32,000 bases of DNA from Serratia odorifera (GTDB lineage: Bacteria > Pseudomonadota > Gammaproteobacteria > Enterobacterales > Enterobacteriaceae): positions 2,443,311 through 2,475,310 of the forward strand of contig NZ_LR134117.1 of NCBI RefSeq assembly GCF_900635445.1, in the 5' to 3' direction. Below are positions 18,539 to 27,664 of the stretch, in pieces. Position numbers and translations under genes: made by a program. The first letter of the stretch is position 1; every line of letters starts with the position of its first letter. The notes below the pieces were generated by a model that ran no database searches, was not told where the DNA came from, and saw only the letters and a list, made by a program, of their open reading frames with translations.

Positions 18539-20011
18539 ATGGAAACGTTAAAGATCTTCCTGGCCGGGCGCTGGCGTGAAGGGCGCGGCGAACTGATGCA
18601 ATCGCGATTCCCGGCCGACGGCTCGCTGAATGCCGAACTGCATGCGGCCAACCTCGACGACGTCAACGATGCGGTTGCGGCAGCGGAACGCGCCTGGCGT
18701 GCGCCTGAATGGCGGCAGCAGCTACCCGCACCAGCGGGCGGCGATCCTGCAGCGCGTCAGCGAGCTGATCGTCGAGCAGTTGGAGCCGTTGGCGCAGTTG
18801 CAAACCCGCGACAACGGCAAACCGCTGGCAGAAACCCGTGGACTGGTGGCCAGCGCGGCCGCCACCGCGCGTTATTTTGCCGCCGCCTGCGAAGTGCTGG
18901 AGGGTGAACTGCCCACCCAGCGCAGCCACGATGCGATGACGCTCAGCCAGTACCAGCCGCTGGGGGTGATCGCCGCCATTACGCCGTGGAATTCACCGAT
19001 TGCCAGCGAAATGCAGAAAGTGGCTCCGGCACTGGCGGCGGGCAATGCGGTGATCCTCAAACCCGCTGAAGCGACGCCGCTGATGGCGCTCAAACTGGCG
19101 GAACTGTTTGAACAGGCCGGATTGCCGGCCGGTTTACTCCAGCGTGTTGCCGGGCAAGGGCTCGGTGATTGGCGAAGCGCTGGCGCGTCACCCTTTGGTG
19201 AAAAAAATTTCGTTTACCGGCGGTACCAGCACCGGCCGCCATTTGGCGCACGTAGCGGCAGAAAAGCTGATCCCGACCTCGCTGGAGCTGGGGGGCAAGT
19301 CGCCGACCATGGTATTGGCAGACGCGGATCTGGAGCAGGCGGCGCGTGGCATCTGCTACGGCATTTTCAGTTCCGCCGGGCAGGCGTGCATCGCCGGTTC
19401 GCGGCTGTTCGTGCACCGTTCGCTGTACCAGCCGTTGCTGGCGCGGCTGTGCGAACTGGCGAGTGGGCTGCGCGTCGGCAACCCGTTACAACCGGGGGTA
19501 CACCTTGGCCCGCTGATCAATGCCCGCCATCGGCAAAGCGTGGCCGATTACGTCGCGCTGGCGCAGCAGGAAGGCGGGCGAGTGCTGATCGGCGGCGAGA
19601 TACCGGCGGATCCGCAACTGGCGAACGGCAGCTACTACCTGCCAACAATTATTGAGGGGCTGAATAACGAGGCCCGGGTGTGTCAGGAAGAAATTTTTGG
19701 TCCGGTGCTGGTGGCGATGCCGTTCGACGATGAAGCACAGCTGATTGAAATGGCCAACGATTCGGTTTACGGGCTGGCGGCGGGCATCTGGAGCCGTGAT
19801 TTTCCGCGGGCGATGGCGCTGGGCGTCGCAGTTGGAAACCGGCACCGTGTGGATCAACACCTATAAGACGTTCTCGATCTCGACGCCGTTCGGCGGCTTT
19901 AAACACAGCGGCCTGGGGCGTGAAAAAGGGCTGCACGGCATCAAGGCGTATATGCAGCAAAAGAGCGTGTATCTGGCATTAAACCACCAGATCAACCGCT
20001 GGAGCGACTAA
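18539..20011 (+). pseudogene. NAD(P)-dependent aldehyde dehydrogenase, three apparent 1-nt insertions
   Basis: ELGGKSP and FSSAGQACIAGSR (catalytic Cys) motifs. The frame steps +1 near 18712-18716, at ctCCagc (19139-19140) and at ctGGGcg (19821-23), linking track ORFs 18539.., 18630.., 19108.. and 19745..20011. Length minus 3 nt is 490 codons. Confidence 0.85.
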
Positions 20012-20063
20012 GCGTCAATTGGTACAGATGATTACTTTTGCATACCCTCATAAAAGAAGGCAG

Positions 20064-21707
20064 ATGATGAGCGATAAAATAACGGTAGGCGAGGCGATAG
20101 CCCGGACTCTGGAGCACTACGCGGTGTCGGCGATTTACGGCATCATCTCGATCCACAATCTGCCGATTGCCGACGCCGTCGGGCAGCGCGGGGCGATCCG
20201 CTTTGTGCCGGCGCGCGGCGAAGCGGGGGCGGTGACCATGGCAGACGCGCATGGACGGTTTTCTGGCCTGGGCGTGGCGCTGACCAGCACCGGTGCGGGC
20301 GCCGGCAATGCGGTCGGGGCAATGATTGAAGCGCTGAACGCCAACACGCCGCTGCTGCATATTACCGGTCAGGTGGAAAAAGCCTATCTTGACGCCGACG
20401 CCGGGTTTATCCACGAAACCAAAGACCAGTTGGGCTTCCTGCGCGCCTGTTCAAAAGCGGCCTATCGCGTCAATTCACCGGAACAGGCGGTGGCGGTGAT
20501 CCAGCGTGCAATCCAGCAGGCGCAGACCGTGCCGTGCGGTCCGGTGGCGGTAGAAATCCCGATTGATATCCAAAGTAGCCTGGTGTCGAGTGCGGTGCTG
20601 ACGCCGGCACGCTTGCCGCCCGCGCTGCCAGCAGCGGACGACGCCGCGGTAGAACGGCTCTATCAACGCCTGCGTGCGGCCAAACGTCCGCTGCTGTGGT
20701 TGGGGGGCGGCGCGCTATCCTGTGCGCCTGCGGTGAAGCAACTGGCGGACGCCGGGGTTGCGGTGATCTCCAGTACCCACGGGCGCGGCATTCTGCCAGA
20801 CAGTCACCCGCGCAGCCTGCGGGCGTTCCATAATTCGCCGAGCATAGAAAAAATACTCAACCGCTGTGATTTGACACTGGTGGCCGGATCGCGGTTGCGC
20901 AGTAACGAAACCCGCACCTGGACGTTGCCGCTACCGCGCCCGCTGGTGCAGATTGATATCGATCCGGCGGCGGCCAACCGCAACTATCTGGCCGACGAAC
21001 AGATCAACGGCGATTGCGCAGCCTTGCTGAGCGCGTTGGCGGCGCGTTATGCACCGCACGCCCGGGTGGATGCCGCATGGGATGCCGACATCGCCGCAGC
21101 GGTGCAGCAGGCGGAAACGGCGTTGCGCCAGCAGTCCGGCGAATACGTCAAGTTGAACGATGCCATCGCCGCAGCGCTGCCGAACGACGGTCTGCTGGTG
21201 CGTGATATCACCGTTTCAGGCAGCGTGTGGGGCAGTCGGCTGTTCCGCGCCGTGGCGCCGCTGTGCAACATCCATTCGCTGGCCGGGGCGATTGGTCTGG
21301 GGCTGCCGATGGCGATCGGCACGGCAATCGCCAACCCGCAGCGTAAGGTGGTCGGCCTGGTGGGGGATGGCGGTCTGGCTCTGGGACTGGGAGAACTGGC
21401 CACCATGGCGCAGGAACAGGCCAACATCACCCTGCTGATCATGAACGACGGCGGGTATGGTGTGATGCGCGGTATTCAGGACAAGTACTTTGCTGGCCGT
21501 CAGTATTACAATGAGCTGCATACGCCAGCGTTCGCGCAGGTAGCGCAAGCCATGGGGATCAAGGCCTGGAAGGTTGACGATGCGGCGCAGTTCAACGGCG
21601 TGCTGGCGGAAGCGATCAACTACCCGGGACCGACGGTGGTGGAGGTGGAGATGAAACGCGTCGGGCCACTGACCTTTGCCGGCCCGCCGCAGAAAACCCT
21701 GTATTGA
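20064..21707 (+). CDS. Thiamine-diphosphate-dependent enzyme (acetolactate synthase / 2-oxoacid decarboxylase-like)
   Basis: Intact. ThDP motif GDGGLALGLGELATMAQEQANITLLIMNDGGYG. The likely start is ATG 20064/20067 after gaagg; the track ORF extends to 20019. Confidence 0.85.
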   Translation: MMSDKITVGEAIARTLEHYAVSAIYGIISIHNLPIADAVGQRGAIRFVPARGEAGAVTMADAHGRFSGLGVALTSTGAGAGNAVGAMIEALNANTPLLHITGQVEKAYLDADAGFIHETKDQLGFLRACSKAAYRVNSPEQAVAVIQRAIQQAQTVPCGPVAVEIPIDIQSSLVSSAVLTPARLPPALPAADDAAVERLYQRLRAAKRPLLWLGGGALSCAPAVKQLADAGVAVISSTHGRGILPDSHPRSLRAFHNSPSIEKILNRCDLTLVAGSRLRSNETRTWTLPLPRPLVQIDIDPAAANRNYLADEQINGDCAALLSALAARYAPHARVDAAWDADIAAAVQQAETALRQQSGEYVKLNDAIAAALPNDGLLVRDITVSGSVWGSRLFRAVAPLCNIHSLAGAIGLGLPMAIGTAIANPQRKVVGLVGDGGLALGLGELATMAQEQANITLLIMNDGGYGVMRGIQDKYFAGRQYYNELHTPAFAQVAQAMGIKAWKVDDAAQFNGVLAEAINYPGPTVVEVEMKRVGPLTFAGPPQKTLY

Positions 21708-21711
21708 AACC

Positions 21712-21732
21712 GGGCGAGGCCAGGCCTCGCCC
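21712..21732. terminator. GC hairpin between convergent ThDP-enzyme gene and loiP
   Basis: gggcgaggcc-a-ggcctcgccc has perfect 10-nt inverted arms. No clear U-tract is present on either strand. Confidence 0.4.
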
Positions 21733-21739
21733 CCAGGGG

Positions 21740-22497
21740 TTATTTACCTGCCGCAATGCGCTCGCGGATGTGCTGCGCGCGCGCTTCCGAGGACGGGTGG
21801 TCGTCAAACATGCTGCTTTGACGGCCGGCTTCCATCTTGGCCAGTTTTTTCGAAGCTGGTCACCAGGCCGTTCGGGTCAATGCCGCGTTTTTTCAGCAGA
21901 TCGAAGGAATAGTCATCCGCTTCGCTCTCCTGCTTTTGCGAGAACTGGGCGCTGACCAGCTTTTCGCCGATATCGGCCAGCTGCGACTGGTGACAGGGAG
22001 CCGATAATGCCGCCGGTAGAGGCCGCTGCCGGTGCGCAGAGCAACGGTGCCGTAGGCAACCTGCATCGCCTTGCGGGTATGACCCAGCGCCACGTGGCCC
22101 ATTTCATGACCCAGTACGCCTTCCACTTCGTTGTCGTTCATCATGTCCATCAGCCCCGCTGTAAACGCGGATACAGCCGTTGGCCATTGCCCAGGCATTG
22201 ACGTCTTTCGTCAGGTAAACCTTATAGTTGGCCGGCGTGCCGTCGATATTGTCGCCCAGCGCCGCCGCGATTTTATTCAGACGTTTGGCATAGGAGCTGT
22301 CGGCCGGCGCGATTTGTGCCTTGCTGTCCATCTCGGCGCAGGATTTTACACTTAACGTTTTTACGTCGTCATTGCTTAGCGTTGCCGCTTGAAACGCCTG
22401 TGCGCCAGACTGCCATCAGGGTATTGGTATCGAGGTTTTGACAGCCGCTTACCAAGGTGGCAATGCTTAATGCAATCAAAGAAGTACGAATTTTCAT
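21740..22497 (-). pseudogene. loiP: M48-family metalloprotease lipoprotein LoiP/YggG, five apparent 1-nt insertions
   Basis: MKIRTSLIALSIATLVSGC (lipobox) ... HEMGHVALGH (HExxH) ... DDHPSSEARAQHIRERIAAGK*. Extra bases lie in plus-strand runs 22413-14, 22153-56, 22029-32, 21989-90 and 21845-50. The 758 nt minus 5 gives 251 codons. Confidence 0.85.
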
Positions 22498-22736
22498 GAA
22501 GCCATCTTCCTGTGATAGTAACAAGGGGAACGTGTGATTTTAGCTGAAACAATCGGGTTGCAAGAGCCCTAGTGTAGCTTGGCGCGGTGTGAAATAGTGA
22601 TATTCCGAAAATCAGCCGATTGGTGCTAATAAGTCGTGAACTCGCTCCTCATTTGGCATTAGGGATTGCCGTTTTAATACGGAGTCTGAGAAAATAGAAA
22701 ACTTGACTGCTTTTTTAATCCGACCTGGAGTAAAAC

Positions 22737-24742
22737 ATGTCCTCTCGTAAAGAGCTTGCCAACGCCATCCCGCGCACTCCAGCATGGACGCCGTGCAAAA
22801 AGCAAAATCCGGCCACCCGGGTGCCCCTATGGGAATGGCGGATATCGCCGAAGTCCCTGTGGCGTGACTACCTCAACCACAACCCGACCAACCCGCACTG
22901 GGCTGACCGCGACCGTTTCGTGCTGTCCAACGGCCATGGCTCCATGTTGATTTACAGCCTGCTGCACCTCACCGGCTATGACCTGCCGATGAGCGAGCTG
23001 GAAAACTTCCGCCAACTGCACTCCAAAACCCCGGGTCACCCTGAATACGGCTATACCCCTGGCGTCGAAACCACCACCGGCCCGCTCGGCCAGGGCATTG
23101 CCAACGCCGTCCGGCTTCGCCATCGCCGAACGCACCCTGGCGGCGCAGTTCAACCCGCCCGGGCCACGATATCGTTGACCACCACACCTACGCCTTCATG
23201 GGCGACGGCTGCATGATGGAAGGCATCTCCCACGAAGTCTGTTCGCTGGCCGGCACCATGAAGCTCGGCAAGCTGACCGCTTTCTACGATGACAACGGCA
23301 TCTCCATCGACGGCCACGTCCGAGGGCTGGTTCACCGACGACACCGCCAAGCGCTTTGAAGCCTACGGCTGGCACGTGGTGCGCGGCGTCGACGGCCACG
23401 ACAGCGACGCCATCAAGGCGGCGATTGAAGAAGCCCGCCGCGTTAGCGACAAACCGTCGCTGCTGATGTGCAAAACCGTGATTGGCTTCGGTTCGCCGAA
23501 CAAGGCCGGCACCCACGATTCCCACGGCGCACCGCTGGGCGAGGCCGAAGTGGCCGCCACCCCGCGAACAGCTGGGCTGGAAATACGCCGCCTTTGAAAT
23601 CCCGCAGGACATCTACGCCCAGTGGGATGCGAAAGAAGCCGGTCAGGCGAAAGAAGCCGCCTGGAACGACAAGTTCGCCGCCTACGCCAAGGCCTTCCCG
23701 GAACTGGCTGCGGAGTTCAAAACGCCGCATGAACGGCGAACTGCCGGCCAACTGGCAGGCAGAAGCGAAGAAAGTGGTTGAGCAGCTGCAGGCCAACCCG
23801 GCCAACATCGCCAGCCGCAAGGCGTCGCAGAACGCGCTGGAAGCGTTCGGCAAACTGCTGCCGGAGTTCCTCGGCGGCTCCGCCGACCTGGCGCCAAGCA
23901 ACCTGACCCTGTGGTCCGGCTCCAAATCGCTGGGCGATGACCTGGCCGGCAACTACATCCACTACGGCGTGCGCGAGTTCGGCATGACCGCCATCACCAA
24001 CGGCATCGCGCTACACGGCGGTTTCCTGCCGTACTCGGCGACCTTCCTGATGTTCGTGGAATACGCCCGTAACGCGGTGCGCATGGCGGCGCTGATGAAA
24101 ATCCGCAACGTGTTCGTCTACACCCACGACTCCATCGGTCTGGGAGAAGACGGCCCGACTCACCAGCCGGTGGAGCAGTTGGCCAGCCTGCGGGTGACCC
24201 CGAACATGAGCACCTGGCGTCCGTGTGACCAGGTGGAATCGGCGATTGCCTGGCAGTAACGGCATCGAGCGCCACGACGGCCCGACCACGCTGATTTTCT
24301 CACGCCAGAACCTGGCGCAGCAGCCACGTGACGCCCGAGCAGTTGGCCAACGTGTACCGCGGTGCCTACGTGCTGAAAGACTGTGACGGCACGCCGGAGC
24401 TGATTTTGATTGCCACCGGTTCGGAAGTGGAGCTGGCGGTGGGTGCGTATGAGCAGCTGACGGGCGAAGGGCGCAAGGTGCGGGTGGTATCGATGCCGTC
24501 CACCGACGCGTTCGACAAACAGGATGCGGCGTACCGCGAATCGGTGCTGCCGTCCGGCGGTCGCCGCGCGTGTGGCCATCGAAGCGGGCATTGCCGATTA
24601 CTGGTACAAATACGTCGGGCTGAACGGCGCGGTGGTGGGCATGACCAGCTTCGGCGAATCGGCACCGGCCGAGCAGCTGTTCAAGACGTTCGGTTTCACC
24701 GTCGACAACGTGGTGGCGAAAGGCCAGGGCGTGTTGAAGTAA
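22737..24742 (+). pseudogene. tktA: Transketolase, eleven apparent 1-nt insertions
   Basis: The repaired product [11 protein letters not shown]|RAL|[25 protein letters not shown]|[10 protein letters not shown]...[17 protein letters not shown] is collinear with E. coli TktA. Extra bases lie in runs 22769-71, 22779-80, 22855-57, 23111-12, 23154-56, 23320-21, 23560-63, 23719-22, 24258-59, 24334-36 and 24554-57. The 2006 nt minus 11 gives 665 codons. Confidence 0.9.
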
Positions 24743-24781
24743 CCGCCAGGCGGGCGAGCAGGCTCGCCCCGCGTGATGGAA

Positions 24782-24808
24782 AACCCGGCTACGTGCCGGG
24801 TTTTTTTT
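24782..24808 (+). terminator. Rho-independent terminator after tktA (overlaps the dmlA stop)
   Basis: aacccggc-tacgt-gccgggtt is a perfect 8-bp stem followed by a T-run ending at 24808. On the reverse strand, ttttcc follows the hairpin, so it may act in both directions. Confidence 0.7.
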
Positions 24809-25895
24809 ATTGCAGTAAATCGGCGATCGCCGCGCCGACCTGCTGGGTCGAGGCATCGCCCTTGCATATCCGGCGTGCGCGGCCCGCTGGCAATGGTGCG
24901 CTCAATGGCGGCAAGGATATCGTCGTGCGCCTGACGGTAGCGACGATCGCCATTGCCGAGAAAGTCGAGCATCATCGCACCGGCCCCAAATCATGGCGAT
25001 CGGATTGGCAATGTTCTGGCCATAAATATCTGGCGCGGAGCCGTGCACCGGCTCGAACAGCGACGGGAAGTCGCGCTGCGGGTTGAGGGTTGGCGGATGG
25101 CGCAATACCGATAGTACCGGTACAGGCCGGGCCGAGATCCGACAGAATATCGCCGAACAGGTTGGAGGCGACGACCACGTCGAAACGCTCCGGGTTCAGC
25201 ACGAAGCGGGCGCAGAGGATGTCGATATGCTGCCTTGTCCCAGCGGATATCAGGGTAATGCTGCGCCATGGCCGCGACGCGTTCGTCCCAGTAGGGCATG
25301 CTGATGGCCATGCCGTTGGATTTGGTGGCGGCGGTAAGGGATTTGCGCGGCCGCTGCTGCGCCAGTTCAAAGGCGTATTGTAGAATGCGATCCACCCCCT
25401 GACGGGTAAACACCGATTCCTGCACCACCATCTCACGTTCGGTGCCTTCGAACATGCGCCCGCCGAGCGACGAGTACTCGCCTTCGGTGTTTTCCCGTAC
25501 CACGTAAAAGTCAATGTCACCGGGCTTTTTGTTGGCCAGCGGGCAGGCGACGCCGGGGAACAGGCGTACCGGGCGCAGGTTGACGTATTGATCGAAGTCG
25601 CGGCGAAACTTCAGCAGCGAGCCCCACAGCGACACGTGATCGGGCACTTTGTCCGGCCAGCCGACGGCGCCGAAGTAAATGGCGTCAAAGCCCTGTAATC
25701 GTTCGAACCAGTCATCCGGCAGCATCTGACCATGTTGCAGATAATAATCGCAGCTGGCCCAGTCAAAGGTGACAAACTCCAGCGCAAGATCCCATTTTGG
25801 CTGCCGCCGCCTGCATGACGCGAAGGCCTTCCGGTAATACTTCCTGGCCGATGCCGTCGCCCCGGGATCGCCGCGATTTTGTAGGTTTTGTTCAT
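24807..25895 (-). pseudogene. dmlA: D-malate/tartrate dehydrogenase (decarboxylating), six apparent 1-nt insertions
   Basis: The repaired product MNKTYKIAAIPGDGIGQEVLPEGLRVMQ...YFGAVGWPDKVPDHVSLWGSLLKFRRDFDQYVNLRPVRLFPG...[39 protein letters not shown]... is collinear with E. coli DmlA. Extra bases lie in plus-strand runs 25860-63, 25795-98, 25233-34, 25087-89, 24984-87 and 24857-59. Confidence 0.85.
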
Positions 25896-25945
25896 CAGAG
25901 GTCTCACTTATAGGTCGGGAGGATTGACACCGCTACCATCCTATA

Positions 25946-25966
25946 ATTGACTAACCGTTAATCAAT
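25946..25966. promoter_or_regulatory. LysR-type T-N11-A box in the dmlA/regulator divergent region
   Basis: ATTGAcTAACcGTTAaTCAAT is a 21-bp near-perfect palindrome (18 of 20 symmetric positions) with ATTGA-N11-TCAAT architecture. Confidence 0.4.
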
Positions 25967-25997
25967 CCGCTGAATGGTGAAACATAAAACACGTATC

Positions 25998-26936
25998 ATG
26001 AATAATATGCCCCTGCTGAGTGATTTACGGGTGTTTGTGCTGGTGGCGCGTCGGGCGGGTTTTGCCGCCGCCGCAGAGGAAATGGGGGTATCGCCGGCGT
26101 TCATCAGCAAACGCATCGCCTTGCTGGAAAAGGCATTGAGCGTTTCATTGTTGCACCGTACCACGCGGCGGGTGGCGATAACCGAAGACGGCGAGCGCAT
26201 TTATGAATGGGCGCAACGTATTCTCAACGATGTTGATCACATGATGGATGAAGTCTCCACCATTCGTCAGGAACCGCAAGGCACGTTGCGGATTGTCAGC
26301 AGCCATGGCTTCAGCCGGCGTTTTATCGCCCCGGCGCTGTCGGTGCTGGCGACGCAGTATCCACGCTTGGAGCTGCGGCTGGACGTGTCCGACCGGCTGG
26401 TGGATCTGGTGAGCGAGGGATTCGATCTGGATATTCGCGTCGGCGACGACATCGCGCCGAACCTGATCGCACGCAAGCTGGCGGATAACCGGCGTATTCT
26501 GTGCGCTTCGCCGGCGTATCTGGCGCGCCACGGCATGCCGAAAACGCTGAACGAGCTGTCGGGCCGCGCCTGTCTGGTGATCAAAGAGCGCGATATGCCG
26601 TTCGGCATCTGGCGTCTGCAAGGCCCTGGCGGCGAGGAGACCATCAAGGTTACTGGCGCGCTGGCCTCCAATCATGGCGAAATCGTACACCAGTGGTGTC
26701 TCGACGGGCAGGGGGTGGCGCTGCGCTCCTATTGGGACGTGCAGGAAAACATCGCCAGCGGCAAACTGGTGCATATTCTGTCCGATTATTATCAGTCTGC
26801 GAATATTTGGGCGGTATATGTTTCACGCTTGGCGACCTCGGCCAAGGTGCGGGTGACGGTGGAGTTTTTGCGGCAGTATTTTGAACGGCATTACGGCGGT
26901 GCCGCACCGCAGGCGGAATACTTGTTCAGCCGCTAG
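25998..26936 (+). CDS. LysR-family transcriptional regulator divergent from dmlA (DmlR-like by position)
   Basis: MNNMPLLSDLRVFVLVARRAGFAAAAEEMGVSPAFISKRIALLEKALSVSLLHRTTRRVAITEDG is a LysR HTH, followed by a substrate-binding domain. The start is ambiguous (25974, 25998 or 26007). Confidence 0.85.
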   Translation: MNNMPLLSDLRVFVLVARRAGFAAAAEEMGVSPAFISKRIALLEKALSVSLLHRTTRRVAITEDGERIYEWAQRILNDVDHMMDEVSTIRQEPQGTLRIVSSHGFSRRFIAPALSVLATQYPRLELRLDVSDRLVDLVSEGFDLDIRVGDDIAPNLIARKLADNRRILCASPAYLARHGMPKTLNELSGRACLVIKERDMPFGIWRLQGPGGEETIKVTGALASNHGEIVHQWCLDGQGVALRSYWDVQENIASGKLVHILSDYYQSANIWAVYVSRLATSAKVRVTVEFLRQYFERHYGGAAPQAEYLFSR

Positions 26937-26950
26937 TGTCACAAGGGCGC

Positions 26951-26973
26951 GTCGCGCCCTTGTTCAAGCGTTC
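26951..26973. terminator. Hairpin between convergent LysR gene and ABM gene
   Basis: acaagggcgc-gtc-gcgcccttgt is a perfect 10-bp stem. Its U-tracts are weak. Confidence 0.4.
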
Positions 26974-26976
26974 GCT

Positions 26977-27303
26977 TTATTTCGACTTTTCCAACTGGGT
27001 CAATCGTTGCACGTTCAGGCTTTCCAGCTTGCCGTCCAATTCCTCGAGGAAGCGATCGTGATAGTCCATGGCGATGTGCTTTTTCAGATCGTCTACCGAC
27101 GCCCAGCGTTCAATAAACACAAACGAGACCTTGCCGGGCTTCTCCAGCTCTTTGACGTTGGTTTCCTGGGATTCGTGGCAATCGTACTGCAGGCAACCCG
27201 GCTCCAGATGGGTTGGGGCGACCATGGCGCGCGCCGCTTTTCTCACTGCGTCGACGTGCTCGGGGAACGGGGTCAGCGTGGCAACAATTTTGACTTCACT
27301 CAT
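26977..27303 (-). CDS. ABM-domain (antibiotic biosynthesis / quinol monooxygenase-like) protein, 108 aa
   Basis: MSEVKIVATLTPFPEHVDAVRKAARAMVAPTHLEPGCLQYDCHES...FVFIERWASVDDLKKHIAMDYHDRF fits the ferredoxin-like ABM fold pattern. Confidence 0.65.
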   Translation of the reverse strand: MSEVKIVATLTPFPEHVDAVRKAARAMVAPTHLEPGCLQYDCHESQETNVKELEKPGKVSFVFIERWASVDDLKKHIAMDYHDRFLEELDGKLESLNVQRLTQLEKSK

Positions 27304-27458
27304 TTTAACTCCTTGTAGTGGATTATGGTCATCCCCAAGATAGGGATTCAGGGTGACTGAAAATGTGCGCTAGATCATTTTATTTTCGCAAAATACCGCC
27401 CAGTTAACAGCCGGACTGTCGGGGCTGTTCCTTTTCGAAAAACTTTGGTTTATGCTCG

Positions 27459-27474
27459 GCTGAAGCGTTTCAGT
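27459..27474. promoter_or_regulatory. Candidate Cra (FruR) operator upstream of epd
   Basis: gcTGAAGCGTTTCAgt; the reverse strand reads TGAAAC|GCTTCA, fitting the Cra consensus TGAAWC-SNTHHW. It lies ~190 nt upstream of the epd ATG. E. coli epd-pgk is known to be Cra-regulated. Confidence 0.45.
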
Positions 27475-27664
27475 TGGGGTGAATAACTCGCTGAAAGGCT
27501 AGAGAGAGCGGTTGTTGGCGGTAACAGGGTTTACGAATAATGCAACGCAGCGATTCACAGCAGGCAGTGCGCTAAAGTACTCTATGCAGGTTAGCATGAT
27601 AACCAGTCAGCGCCACCCCATCCGGCGTCAGCACCGGCGGGAATGGCCTTCTTCAGGGAGCAGC

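Noticed and set aside
22737-24742. Programmed ribosomal frameshifting or transcriptional slippage as an explanation for the interrupted genes.
   Set aside because: There are 35 events in 11 unrelated genes, with no shared slippery heptamer or downstream structure, and up to 11 occur in one gene. This is incompatible with programmed recoding.
25924-25947. Consensus TTGACA and TATAAT hexamers upstream of the LysR gene.
   Set aside because: The spacer is only 12 nt, far from the 16-18 nt needed for a sigma70 promoter, so the pairing is probably coincidental.
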